DNA of 63,181 nt, filler included, from Octopus bimaculoides (taxonomy: Eukaryota): the NCBI RefSeq assembly GCF_001194135.2. It is 6 parts of 6 records of this genome, joined end to end, with 100 filler letters (N's around TTAATTAATTAA, not from the genome) between each part and the next. Parts side by side here need not be neighbours in the genome. Positions count along the whole stretch, not along the records: positions 23,925 to 34,676 come from NW_026369488.1; positions 34,777 to 42,741 come from NC_068982.1; 4 more parts are not named here. One strand, 5' to 3'. Every line of letters starts with the position of its first letter. The first letter of the stretch is position 1. A program made the translations under genes and the position numbers. The notes beneath the pieces are model-generated. The model ran no database searches and was not told the DNA's origin. It saw only the letters and a list, made by a program, of their open reading frames with translations. This document shows, in pieces, positions 27,297-40,350 of the stretch.

Positions 27297-27939
27297 ACAT
27301 ATATATGTGTGTGTGTGTATGTGTGTGTATACAGCGGGAGAAAAATATAGTCACAGAATAGAAATCAGTTAAATTATACGTAAACGTTTATATACATTAT
27401 ACAAGGATATCTATATCTAGCTATCTACATACATACATAGATGCTCAGAAACGTTTACAAACGTACATTATACGTCAAATGGAAAGAATGGATGCTTAAC
27501 TCTTGGCGTCAAACTCTTTATGAAAGGAAAGTAAAATGAATAAGAGCCGTACGAGAAAAAGAGATAAAATAAATAAACGTTTCCGACGTCTGGTTATATT
27601 GCGACCTTGACACACACACACACACACAGGTCTTAATGAAAAATTATGTACATCTACACACACGCATACATATATATTGTGTCTCTGCCGTTTTGTATAT
27701 TCATGTGCATGTGTTGTTAAGTCTGCATCAAACGGTGCAGATACAAGGGGAAACGTAAAACAAAATTGAGAAGAGGCGAGGGAAATAAAGAAAGACATTT
27801 GGTGGAGGGGGGTATGAGATCAATTCCATGTCTCACCGGAAATGGGATAAATTGATCGCTTGTTCAAAAATCATATTATTATTATCATCATCATCATCAT
27901 TATATTATTATTATTATTATTATCATTATTATTATTATC

Positions 27940-28530
27940 CTTATTATTATCAATTTTATTATCATTATTATTATTGTTGTCGTTGTTATTGCAAATTATA
28001 GTTTTCAATTTTATTATCATTATTATTATTATTGCAAATTATTATCAATTTTATTATTATTATTGTTGTTGTTGTTGCAACTTATAGTTTTCAATTTTAT
28101 TATCATTATTATTATTATTGCAAATTATTATTATCAATTTTATTATTATTATTATTGTTGTTGTTATTGCAAATTATAGTTTTCAATTTTATTATTATTA
28201 TTATTGCAAATTATTATTGTTGTTGTTATTGCAAATTATAGTTTTCAATTTTATTAATATTATTATTATTATTGTTGTTGTCATTGCAAATTATAGTTTT
28301 CAATTTTATTATTATTATTATTGTTGTTATTGCAAATTATAGTTTTCAATTTTATTATCATTATTATTATTGCAAATTATTATTATCAATTCTATTATTA
28401 TTATTGTTGTTGTTATTGCAAATTATAGTTTTCAATTTTATTATCAGTATTATTATTATTGCAAATTATCATTATCAATTTTATTATTATTATTATTATT
28501 ATTGTTATTATTGTCGATATCATTATCAAT
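27940..28530. repeat. Compound minisatellite with alternating cores GCAAATTATAGTTTTCAATTTT and GCAAATTATTATCAATTTT, linked by (ATT)/(GTT) runs
   Basis: About 7 copies of the first core and about 5 of the second, read directly. Confidence 0.85.
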
Positions 28531-28817
28531 TTTTTTTTTTTTTTTTTTTTTTCATTGTCAGATATTAGTATTACCACTGTTGTAGTTTTTATTGTTATTC
28601 CATAGAATTTCAAGCTTGGTACAATAAAAATGAAATAAAGAAAAAAACATAATAATAAAACAAAGTCGAAGTGCTATCGGGATATTTATGTCTGAAGAGG
28701 TCAGCAGGCAATAACAATAATAATAATAATAACAATAACAACACCATGAAAAAAATATAAATAACAACAGCAATGGCAACAAAACAACAACAACTACAAT
28801 AATAATAATAATAAAAG

Positions 28818-28970
28818 TGGAAGCTTGGTATTACGATAATACCAGAGGTAATTGGTGGGTTGGGAATGCTAAAGAAGGGAGCTGAGACGTATATTAAGCA
28901 ACCCCCAGGTAACTCCAATCTCCCTTGATGGGTACAGCCCATATACTAAGGGAAGGCACTCTCCATCTAA
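28818..28970 (+). pseudogene. R4/Dong-clade LINE extreme C-terminus
   Basis: WKLGITIIPEVIGGLGMLKKGAETYIKQPPGNSNL..LMGTAHILRKALSI-stop matches the P(I/V)xxGxLG ... GTAHILRK end motif. Preceded by (AAT)n. Confidence 0.75.
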
Positions 28971-28989
28971 TATGGAATAAATTTGGTGA

Positions 28990-29474
28990 GAATTTCAGCA
29001 TGCATAGCAAAAGCAAAAAGTGCCCTTGCTACTCTTGGCCTCCGGAGGATGCCCGGTACTAAGGCAGCTGAAGTAAAGTTATAATGAAAAGAAACCAAAA
29101 ATAATAATAAGAAGAAGAAGAAGAAGAACAAGAAGAAAAACAACAACAACAACAACAACAACAGCCATGATCATAATAGCTGGTCATCTCGCCTCTATGA
29201 CTTGGTCGCACTGCATGTTAAAATTCCAGAGTATTTTGTAACATTCGTTTTCCATTACGCCCTCTGGCTTGTGTTCATACCATTGTTTGGCTCTCTCGAG
29301 GTATGCTTTAGCGCACAACAGCCAGTCGACATATCTGGCCACATCGTCATGTCTCCTTTTGTATTCGCTTTGTGCGAGCTTACAGCACTCACAAACAATA
29401 TGGCGTATGCTTTCTCCCTTCTCTGAGCACATCCTGCACTATGGCGAGTCAGTGCTTTTATCAATGTGATATTT
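28990..29474 (-). pseudogene. R4/Dong-clade LINE fragment (CCHC knuckle to RPD, 29474-29180) plus possible C-terminal piece (29075-28990)
   Basis: KYHIDKSTDSP*CRMCSEKGESIRHIVCECCKLAQSEYKRRHDDVARY...WYEHKPEGVMENECYKILWNFNMQCDQVIEARRP. Distal AALVPGILRR resembles AALLGTARILRR. Confidence 0.8.
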
Positions 29475-29514
29475 GGAGATTATCATTATTATTATTATTG
29501 TTGTTGTTGTTCTT

Positions 29515-29720
29515 AAGGCAGTGAGCTAACAGAATCGCTAGCACGCCGGGCGAAATGCTTAGCGGCATTTCGGTGTCTTCACGTTCTGAGTTCAAATTTC
29601 ACCGACGTCGACTTCGCCTAACAATCCCTTCGGGGTCAATAAAATAGGTATAGTTGTATACTGGTCGATCTAATAGACATACCCCCCCCCCCAATTGCTG
29701 CCCTTGTGGCTATAATTTAA
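29515..29720 (+). mobile_element. SINE family C
   Basis: Family C head, B-box and core, followed by (ATT)n. Confidence 0.85.
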
Positions 29721-29723
29721 AGG

Positions 29724-29769
<46 letters not shown>

Positions 29770-30394
29770 GTATTAATCCATCTGAAAAGAAAAGACAAAT
29801 GAAAACAAATAGATAAATATGATTAATATGAAGACGATATCGATGATACAAACTATTGATTGCTACCACAACCCAACCACTGACCAACCCCAGCATGACC
29901 TCCACTAACAATATTCTCCGCCACAAGCACCACCACCACCACCACCATTACCAACATCATATAAATACTGAGGAGCAACATGGTGGCTATCACGGTAGCG
30001 ATAAAGTAATCACTACCATCGCCAATGTAAATAATAAAGCCACCGTCAATATGGCCGCCATGACCACCACCCCCAAATAATATCTATAACTTATGATGTG
30101 AGATTGGACATTGTTACTAATTCATTAGAGTTTACTTTTCTTTTTTGCATCAATTTCCGGTTATTGTTGGTATATGAAAAGTACACACACACACGTTAAC
30201 AAACTAACATACACATATCTATAGATACATTGATATATATATATATATATATGTATATATATTCATATAGATACACACACACACACACAAATATATATAT
30301 ATATATAAAATGTACATATATATATATACATATATGTATATATGTATCTATATATATATATGTGTGTGTGTGTATATACTTATAAATTCATTTG

Positions 30395-30488
<94 letters not shown>

Positions 30489-30629
30489 NNNNNNNNNNNN
30501 NNNNNNNNNNNNNNNNTATATAATATATATATACATATAATATATATATATATATATAATATATATATACATATAATATATATATATATATATAATATAT
30601 ATATAATATATATATACATATATCTAAAT

Positions 30630-30700
30630 TGCTTCTGAACCACACGATTCTGGGTTCAGTCCCACTGCATGGCACCTTAAGCAAGTGTCTTCTACTATAG
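30630..30700 (+). mobile_element. SINE family A head fragment
   Basis: gggttcagtcccactgcatggcaccttaagcaagtgtcttctactatag. Confidence 0.8.
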
Positions 30701-30763
30701 AGAGAGGGGGGGAGATAGAAAGACAGACAAACAGATATATAGACAAACAGACAGAGAGACATG

Positions 30764-30813
<50 letters not shown>

Positions 30814-31299
30814 CAGGCAGGCATATTGTTAAAGCATCGGACAATCCTTCCAAGTGTCTGTAATCATGCATTCTTATATACCTCGATGTGATGGTCACGG
30901 CTGAAATAACTTTAATCAGGAGTGACCTGGTGCTATGCAACAATAACATGATCAACAACAACAACAACAACACAATCATGAAGTGACGGAATGTTTGCGG
31001 AGGCGGATGAGGCACGAAGGGAAGTGAGTAGCATCACGTGATACGCCACCGGAAGTATGACCGGGTCACTCTCTTAGAGTAATTTTAAATTTTCTTTCCT
31101 TTCCCATCTCCTTGCTCTTCTTTTCACCTTTCACCTGTTCCATATATGCCCACCACCACCGACATCACCGCCACCTTCTACAGATTCGCTACCACCAGCA
31201 CCACCATCATCAACACCATCACCATCTTGTACAGTATCGGTGCTGCCACCGCCACCTTTAACAGCACGAACACGTCCACTGTCACTACCACCGCACACC

Positions 31300-31990
31300 C
31301 TTAATACTACTACCGCAACTAGTAGCATCAGCATCATCGTTAATAATGCTACTACCACGACAACCTCCACCACTACAACCACCGCCACCACTACAACCAC
31401 CACCACTACAATCACCGCAACTTCAACCACCACAACTACAACCACCACTACTACAACCACTACCGCCACCACCGAAATAACCCCGCACCGCTACAACCAC
31501 CACCACTACACTCCCACCCACCACTACAACCACCACCACTACAACCATCGCCACTACAACCATCACCACTACAACCACCGCCACTACAACCATCACCACT
31601 ACAACCACCACCACTACAACCACCACCGCTACAGCCACCACCGCTACAACCACCACCACCACTACACTCCCACCCACCACTATCACCACTACTACCTGTA
31701 CTACTAACACCACCACCAGTATCATAACCAACATCACCACAACCCCACTACAATCACCATCACCACCACTACCACTACTACTACTACCAATACCACTAAT
31801 GTTACAACTATTAACACCATCACAACTAGTACCAACACCACCAGCGTCACAACCACAACAACCACCGCCACTACTATTATTATTACCACCACCACAACCA
31901 ATCCTACAACCACCAGCACCACTACTAACACCTAGACTACCACTAATCACCATCTTTAAAACAACATCCACTAGTACTACCACCACCACT
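31300..31990. repeat. (CAC/TAC/AAC) low-complexity tract with a 15-bp AACCACCACCACTAC minisatellite (about 31490-31690)
   Basis: Directly visible; explains the poly-T/H/V ORFs here. Confidence 0.85.
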
Positions 31991-32379
31991 ATCATCTTAC
32001 ATTTCCCCCTCTCTATCACTGCTTACCCTTTCTCTTTTTCTGTTATTTCCACTCCCGCCGCCCATCCACCCCTAGACCGATACTTTTCCTTTTCCCCCCC
32101 ACACACACAAACATTCAAACCCCCATCCAGCCGCCCATCCCCTCGGCCCTGACAATCCAACGCCCACGCAGTAGATACGCCGACACGTCAGCCAGGTACA
32201 CCCCCGCCCCATCTCACATGTATTCCGGGATGTGTCAGAGTGATACCGACCGGAGTTAGAACCCGGCACGCCTGCTTCGATGCCCGATCGCATATATCCC
32301 GCGTGTGAGTGTGCTTGTCTGACACGGACACGCAACATATATCTACTTTCATAAATACAGATATATAAGCACAAACGTG

Positions 32380-32386
32380 CATACAT

Positions 32387-32417
<31 letters not shown>

Positions 32418-32515
32418 CACACACATATATATACATATATACACACACATATATATGCATGTCTATATATATATACATACACATGCATATATATATATGT
32501 GTGTATATATATATA

Positions 32516-32574
<59 letters not shown>

Positions 32575-32647
32575 GTGTATATATATATATATATATATGT
32601 GTATATATATATATATGTGTATATATATATATATGTGTATATATATA

Positions 32648-32682
<35 letters not shown>

Positions 32683-32691
32683 GTGTATATA

Positions 32692-32742
<51 letters not shown>

Positions 32743-34001
32743 GTGTGTGTGTATTGCCTCGACATACGAGGTAATTCGTTCCCGGAGAACGCTCGGAAAT
32801 CGAAAACTCGTAGACAGAAAATAAAACTATTAAACCCGCTGTTTCGTAAAGCGGGTCCTCGTATAGTGAGGTGTTACTGTGTGTGTACATAGTTCAAATT
32901 TACAGAAAACAAAAGACGCAAACAGGTAAAGGAACAACAAGCAGGTGTATTAGTTTGTTGCTCGGGAAGAATGGAAAAGTCGTTGACATTTCGAGCCTAC
33001 GCTCTTCGACAGACAGGAATGAGAGAGGAGACAATGGGAGAGGGAACGAAAAACCAAAAAACAAATGGAGAAAGAATGAAACAATAAAAACGGAGAGAAA
33101 AGACGTTTAGGCATTAAATATTCAACATGATATATAATATGGTAGAAGTAAATTTGTGACGAAGTAAGAGCGCGTCTTAAACTCAGGAACCCTGTGTAAA
33201 TGTTCCAAGAGTCCAAAAAGTTCCCGTGAGTGAATTTCTTCAGTGGACGAAGCATTGCACAACACGAAACCTAATTTTCAGCGCAATCAGCTGTAAAACC
33301 AACGAATTTGCAGAATTTGCGGTGACAAGAAGCCAACTGCACATCAGGTTCATCTTTTCTTTGAATTTACCTTCTCCTAAAACGAAGTTTTAATGAGAAG
33401 TTGGGGTCCTTCACTTCCAGGAGTTCCCAAGGTATTTAATCCATATTTGGGACCCTGGTATGTACTGGATTTGACAAAACTGCATCCGATTATGGGGTCC
33501 TGTTTTAGTGTAGGTGACAGTAGGAGTGTAGGTCGTAGCGGCAGTAGTAGAAGACGCAGTTGTGGAAATAGTAGGAGGAGGTGATGGGTGGCAGTTGTGG
33601 TAGACACTATTCACACATTTGTGTACGCACGCCTACGTAACATACATACATATGTAGAAAAGCATCTATATATACTCAAGTCAACACCCATGTATACACA
33701 CACACACGTATGCACGCACATAGGTCGACAAAGACAAATAACACACATGTATTCATACACACACACGCACACATATACATATGTATATGTACATATATTT
33801 ACATACATGCATATATACATACAAACATAGGTACATATACATACATAAATACATACATGCATATATACCTACAAACGTACACACAAATATAAATATGTAA
33901 ATATATATATACATATATATATATACATACATATATATATACAGACACACACACATATATATACAAACATACATAGATAAACATAAATATATGTGTGTGT
34001 G

Positions 34002-34040
<39 letters not shown>

Positions 34041-34075
34041 CATATTTATATGTGTACAGAACAGACACACATGTA

Positions 34076-34147
<72 letters not shown>

Positions 34148-34150
34148 TAG
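32380..34150. repeat. (TA)n/(TG)n/(GA)n tracts (32380-32750, 33760-34035) and (GTA)n (34078-34150)
   Basis: Directly visible. Confidence 0.9.
32900..33260 (-). mobile_element. Penelope-like 3' end / pseudo-LTR fragment
   Basis: Minus strand TLGTFTQG resembles the LGT..P.GLN end of GIY-YIG domains. Followed by a minimal hammerhead-like motif at 33012-32983. Confidence 0.45.
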
Positions 34151-35034
34151 TTTGTACGCCGATATCTTTCAGAAATTTCCTAAATTATTCCTAATTAGCC
34201 ACGGAGTGTTTAATATAAGTAGGCCCACCAATTATGGAGCGTCTTTGATGTCGTCACACTTGCCCATTTTACGAATTTACGTTCGTACTTCACGTCTTAC
34301 ATTTTGCCTTTCTCTTCTCCCACCAACAACACCAGCAGCAGCGCCACCTTTCTTTTCTGTCTTTAACACTTATTTGCCTCCCTTTCCTTCTTCAACACTT
34401 ATTTTCCTTCGTTTCTTTCATTCGTAAGTTCTTCCCTTCCTTGTTTCTCTCTATCTATTTTCCAATATTTCTTTCATCCTTATTTTTCCCTACATCGTCT
34501 TGCTTTCTTCCTCACGTTCGTTCTTTCGTTCCCCCCCCCCCGCTTCAAATTTTAGTTTTTCCCTCCAGGCCATTTTTCCTTCCAATGGTATTTTTTTTCC
34601 ATCGTTCTTCCCTCACCTGCTTTTCTCTACGTCTGTGACCTTCTTTCTTTTCCTTCTTCCCTTTCCCGTACTTTCTNNNNNNNNNNNNNNNNNNNNNNNN
34701 NNNNNNNNNNNNNNNNNNNNTTAATTAATTAANNNNNNNNNNNNNNNNNNNNNNNNNNNNNNNNNNNNNNNNNNNNCCTACTTTACCTTTCATCCTTTCG
34801 GGTCGAAAAAAGAAAAAAAAAATGTACTGTACTAGTGAAATGCTGGGTTCGATGTAATCATCTTAACCCCTCCCCCGAAATTGCTGGCACTGTTCCGAAA
34901 ACTGAAACCAATTTCTTTAGATTGTCTCCCCATTTCTTTACGAACCACAAGATCCCTCCCCCCCATTTCTCGGCCAAGAAACAAACTTCTTTGTACGTAC
35001 ATCATTAAGTACACTACCTCCTACTTGACTTATA

Positions 35035-35071
<37 letters not shown>

Positions 35072-36019
35072 ACCAACGAGCTGAGAGTAAAAAGACAGGG
35101 CAATGTGAATGAAAAAGGCTATATCAAGTGAAGACAAAAATCAATAAAATAGCATATGCTTGTCGTTTCGTATTGTCCATCCAGTTGGATTATTATGGCT
35201 TGTATCATATAAGAAGTTTGCATACTCTTTATAATGCAAAATACTTAATACTGAGAGTTATGTCAATTTTCGATTTGATGAATTAAAACTAGTAATATGG
35301 AATTACGTGCCTAAGGCAAACAACTGAAAGCATTAGCAATGCAGATCTTCACAGTTGTTCCAAAACCTCTGCGATTCTTCAAATTCAAACATAGAATGGC
35401 AGCAACGTATAAAACCCTTTTGAAATCTTTAATTGTATCGTCATACTCAATCCTTCCATTCCTTTTCTCTCTCTCTCGGTCTCTCTCTCTCTCTCTCCCT
35501 CTCTCTTTCGGTCTCTCCCTCTATCTTTCTCTCGCTCACTCTTTCCTCCGTCTCTGTCGCTTTCTTTATTTTCTTCATGTATTTCCTTCTGTCGTTTCAA
35601 TATAATTTCAATTAATTGAAATGTGAATGTAAACAGATACACCCTCTCTGCTTCCTCCTCTCTTTCTTCACCCTCCTCGTCTCCATTTCTTTGCCAGTCC
35701 CCTTCGTCATAACCATCGTCATTGCAATCACATTCATCACGATCAGGATGAGGAAGATCATCATTACCATTATCGTCATTATGCACATCATCATCATCAT
35801 CATCACCACCACCACCACCTCTGTTTTAATCATTAGCGCCATCACCTTCCCTATCAACATCACGGCCAGTATCTCTGACAAGCCGGTAATGGAGCCTCTA
35901 ATTTGGTCGCTTGCCATGCTGGAGATAGTAATGAAGTCACCTCCAAAATCAAATCGCATCTAAGTACAGCAGGTTGTATAATGTTCATAAAACAATCGTA
36001 AATTTAATTTTAATTTTAA

Positions 36020-36271
36020 TGCGCCCCTTTTAAAGCCTAGCCAGGCTCATGGACCCGGTTTCCCGGTTTCTATGGCGTATGTGGTCCTCCCAGCTGGACG
36101 GGACGCCAGTCCATCGCAGCGTTACACAAGAAACAGGAAGAAAGAGTGAGAGAAAGTTGGGGCGAAAGAGTACAACAGGGGTCGCCACCACCCCCTGCCG
36201 GAGCCTCGTGGAGCTTTAGGTGTTTTCGCTCAATAAACACACACACAACGCTCGGCCTGGGAATCGAAACC
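36020..36271 (-). mobile_element. SINE subfamily B1 with an internal insertion; 5' end lost in gap
   Basis: Shares tail and GATGGACTGGCGTCCCGTCCAG core with 9800-9990, with about 90 nt extra between core and head. Confidence 0.75.
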
Positions 36272-36894
36272 NNNNNNNNNNNNNNNNNNNNNNNNNNNNN
36301 NNNNNNNNNNNNNNNNNNNNNNNNNNNNNNNNNNNNNNNNNNNNNNNNNNNNNNNNNNNNNNNNNNNNNNNNNNNNNNNNNNNNNNNNNNNNNNNNNNNN
36401 NNNNNNNNNNNNNNNNNNNNNNNNNNNNNNNNNNNNNNNNNNNNNNNNNNNNNNNNNNNNNNNNNNNNNNNNNNNNNNNNNNNNNNNNNNNNNNNNNNNN
36501 NNNNNNNNNNNNNNNNNNNNNNNNNNNNNNNNNNNNNNNNNNNNNNNNNNNNNNNNNNNNNNNNNNNNNNNNNNNNNNNNNNNNNNNNNNNNNNNNNNNN
36601 NNNNNNNNNNNNNNNNNNNNNNNNNNNNNNNNNNNNNNNNNNNNNNNNNNNNNNNNNNNNNNNNNNNNNNNNNNNNNNNNNNNNNNNNNNNNNNNNNNNN
36701 NNNNNNNNNNNNNNNNNNNNNNNNNNNNNNNNNNNNNNNNNNNNNNNNNNNNNNNNNNNNNNNNNNNNNNNNNNNGGCTTTGTATTTTATCCCTTCAGGG
36801 CCAGTAAAATGAAGTACCAGTCCAGTACCGAGGTCGAATCTTCTGTCTGTGTGTCTTGCTCTCCCACTTTCACTCTTTCATTCATTCTTTATTA

Positions 36895-36933
<39 letters not shown>

Positions 36934-37339
36934 ATCCTTCCACCCTCTCTCTCTTTCATTCTCTGCTTTCTGTCTGAGAACTAAGACCCAGTCATGTTAC
37001 ATTGACCATGTTAGATCGGTCAAAGAACTACGTTAGAAGAGCACGTGTCTGTGGAATACTTGTCCACTAACAAGTTAATTTCACTAACAGGAATTCAATA
37101 AGCCAGACAATTGGTTCCACATCCTCATGATCAACGGATAATCCATCAAATTTAGTTTGACAAACGATGACTATTATTGTTGTTGGTATTCTGTAGCCAA
37201 ATGTCAACTCTATCGAGCAAGACTATAGTTCACAAGAAGCTTTCTTAATGACTAAGAAAACCTCTATAAATCTATCTTACTGTTTACTGAGTCCTCTACT
37301 CAGTAGGAATTACGCTGCACACTCTGACATGCTATTATG

Positions 37340-38215
<876 letters not shown>

Positions 38216-38303
38216 ACGCCTTCACTATATTACATGTAATTCAACATTATGATGAGTCTTTACGGCATACATAGTCAAAGAAGGGTAATAATGAATCACT
38301 TAC

Positions 38304-39949
38304 CTGTTAACGTCATCACTGACATCACTGACATTGTCGGCTTGATCAACTAAAGATCCATTTTCCAGATTTTTCTTATGCAGCATACTATAGTCAGGAG
38401 AAGGATAGGATATGTGTTTGATGCGCCACTTTTGGTTGGCAGCAAAGTTCATGGTGCTATCCGAGAAGGCAGTAGCACATGGCGTAGATGCAGTATGAAT
38501 TAGGCGTGTAGCGTTCAACGGTGTACTCTGCACTGACAGTGAGTGCCGAACAACCGGAAGTTTACAATTTTCTGGACATATGTTTTGAGGACCGGCGTTA
38601 GGCAGAGGTTGGTTTGTTGACAGAATGCGTTGCGTACCTATCCGAGCTGCTGGAAAGGGTTTTGGACGTGCGTATTCTGGAACGAGGTTCCAGGCTGGCA
38701 AATTCAGTGGACTTCTTGATGTTGATATTGTCTGAGATCGTACAAGTGATACTTGATTCCATTGGTGCCTGGAAGAGGAATTTGGTGATGAAATAATTGT
38801 ATTTTGTTGAAAAGTAAAGACAGGACTGTTTTCTTGCTGTATAGTTCTAATTTTATGTGGTGGAAGTTGTTGTAATTGTTGTGGTGGCTGTTGTAGTTGT
38901 TGTTGATGTTGTTGTTGGTGGTGTTGTTGTTGGTGTTGAATTTGCTGTTGTTGCTGTAGTTGTAATTGTTGTGGGTGATGATAATGTTGGAGTTGTTGAA
39001 TTTGCTGTTGTGGCTGTTGGTAAAGCTGTTGGTGCTGTTGTTGTTGATATTGTGTTTGTGGTAGAGGTGGAGGTGGTGGATTTTGGAGTTGGTGGGATTG
39101 TTGTTGCTGCTGCTGCTGCTGTTGTGGTTGCTGGAGAAAGTGTTGCTGATAATGGTGATGGTGATGGTGATGGTGGTGGTGATGAACATGTGGTTGCTGT
39201 TGGCTTTGTTTATTTTGGGAGTCCTGAGATAAAACTCTCAGTAGCGACTGTGGTGAAGGACTCCTTGGAATTGCGACTGACTGAGATCTTATCAGAGAAG
39301 CTGCCACAGGACTTCTTGGTGACCTGAGACACTTCTGCTGCATGTGTATTGGACTGGTCCTTGTCATTGCAGACACTTGGAATGGGGTCCATTGCGTTCC
39401 TTTAGAGTGGATATGGTATCGGGAAGAGTTAGGCAAGGGACTTACCGGGGGGCTCTGAGGGTGAAAAAATGGTGAATTAAAAGAGTTCCTTAGTGTAGTA
39501 TCCAACTCGGATATTGGGCCATTTGGGTCATAGGGAGGTGGAGAGGTACTCGTTGCTACATTTTTGGTTTGCACGGGGGGACTGACTCGACTACACAAGC
39601 TTTGCTCTGGAAGGGATCGGTGAGGTTTGTGATCGGAATACCTGATTCTTCCAGTTGAAATGCTGTTAGCCCGCATTCGAGTCGAACCATTCTGGTGCCG
39701 CGGATAATTTTCAGCATAATTCCGTTTCTGTGAGTGAAGCTCAGATAATGAGCTTTTTGGAGTGGAGTCTATTGTTTCGGCTCTTTGGAGTGTCGGGCGC
39801 CATTGTAGGGGAGGAGATTTCTTGGACTCAGTGAGCAGCTGATACCTGTTTTTTGGTGAGGTAATCTGTCCATTGTTTAGGGATTCAGATTTAATTAACG
39901 CAGGCTGAAACTGCTCACAATCATTGTCCTTTGGTTCTTCTTCGTTTTC
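38304..39949 (-). CDS. Large internal coding exon (1646 nt, about 548 aa, phase 0 to 2) of an unidentified gene; Ser/Pro-rich, probably disordered, with polyQ/polyH tract
   Basis: Open frame inside the 577-aa ORF. Acceptor ttttttttatttctttctcacttttcag|GAAAAC (AG at 39951-39950). Donor AACAG|gtaagt (GT at 39303-equivalent position 38303-38302). The ORF parts outside these sites read as intron sequence. GC and codon mix differ from the flanks. No recognisable domain. Confidence 0.9.
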
Positions 39950-40327
39950 CTGAAAAGTGAGAAAGAAATAAAAAAAATTAGTTGGATTGAAAAGTTGAAA
40001 AATGATAAAAAATTGTAAAGGTTTGATGAACATATAAAATGTCTTAAAAAGAGGAAAGACTAATTATAATTTTCGTCATCAATATTGAAAAAATGCAGCC
40101 ATTAAAATACCAACAACAAAGAAATGTAAAGGTTTATTGAAAAGAAAGGAGAAAACTGTTAAGATCTTTCGTATGCAAAATGGTTTAATACAGAAAATTA
40201 TGGGAACTCAGATATTTAAACATAATGATTATGATAATGAATGAATAAATGGATGAATAAATGAATGAATGAACGAATGACTCAATGAATGAATGAATGA
40301 TGATTGATGATGATTGATGTGTGCTGG

Positions 40328-40350
40328 TTAGGGTTAGGGTTAGGGTTAGG
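40328..40350 (+). repeat. Short interstitial telomere-like repeat (TTAGGG)3TTAGG
   Basis: Directly visible. Confidence 0.7.

Noticed and set aside
27940-28530. CRISPR-like repeat-spacer array
   Set aside because: The spacers are (ATT)/(GTT) runs rather than unique sequence; eukaryotic context and no cas genes.
32765-32865. Tiny mariner-like MITE (TACGAGG...CCTCGTA)
   Set aside because: Only 7 bp of terminal match; could be chance.
33377-33614. Exon-like segment with GGAGAAG|gtaaat donor
   Set aside because: The frame reaching the donor is closed by an upstream stop with no acceptor; more likely low complexity plus transposon debris.
35860-35962. Possible exon after 38304
   Set aside because: Matches a dispersed repeat fragment (compare 57712 and about 4270), and the longer version has an in-frame stop.
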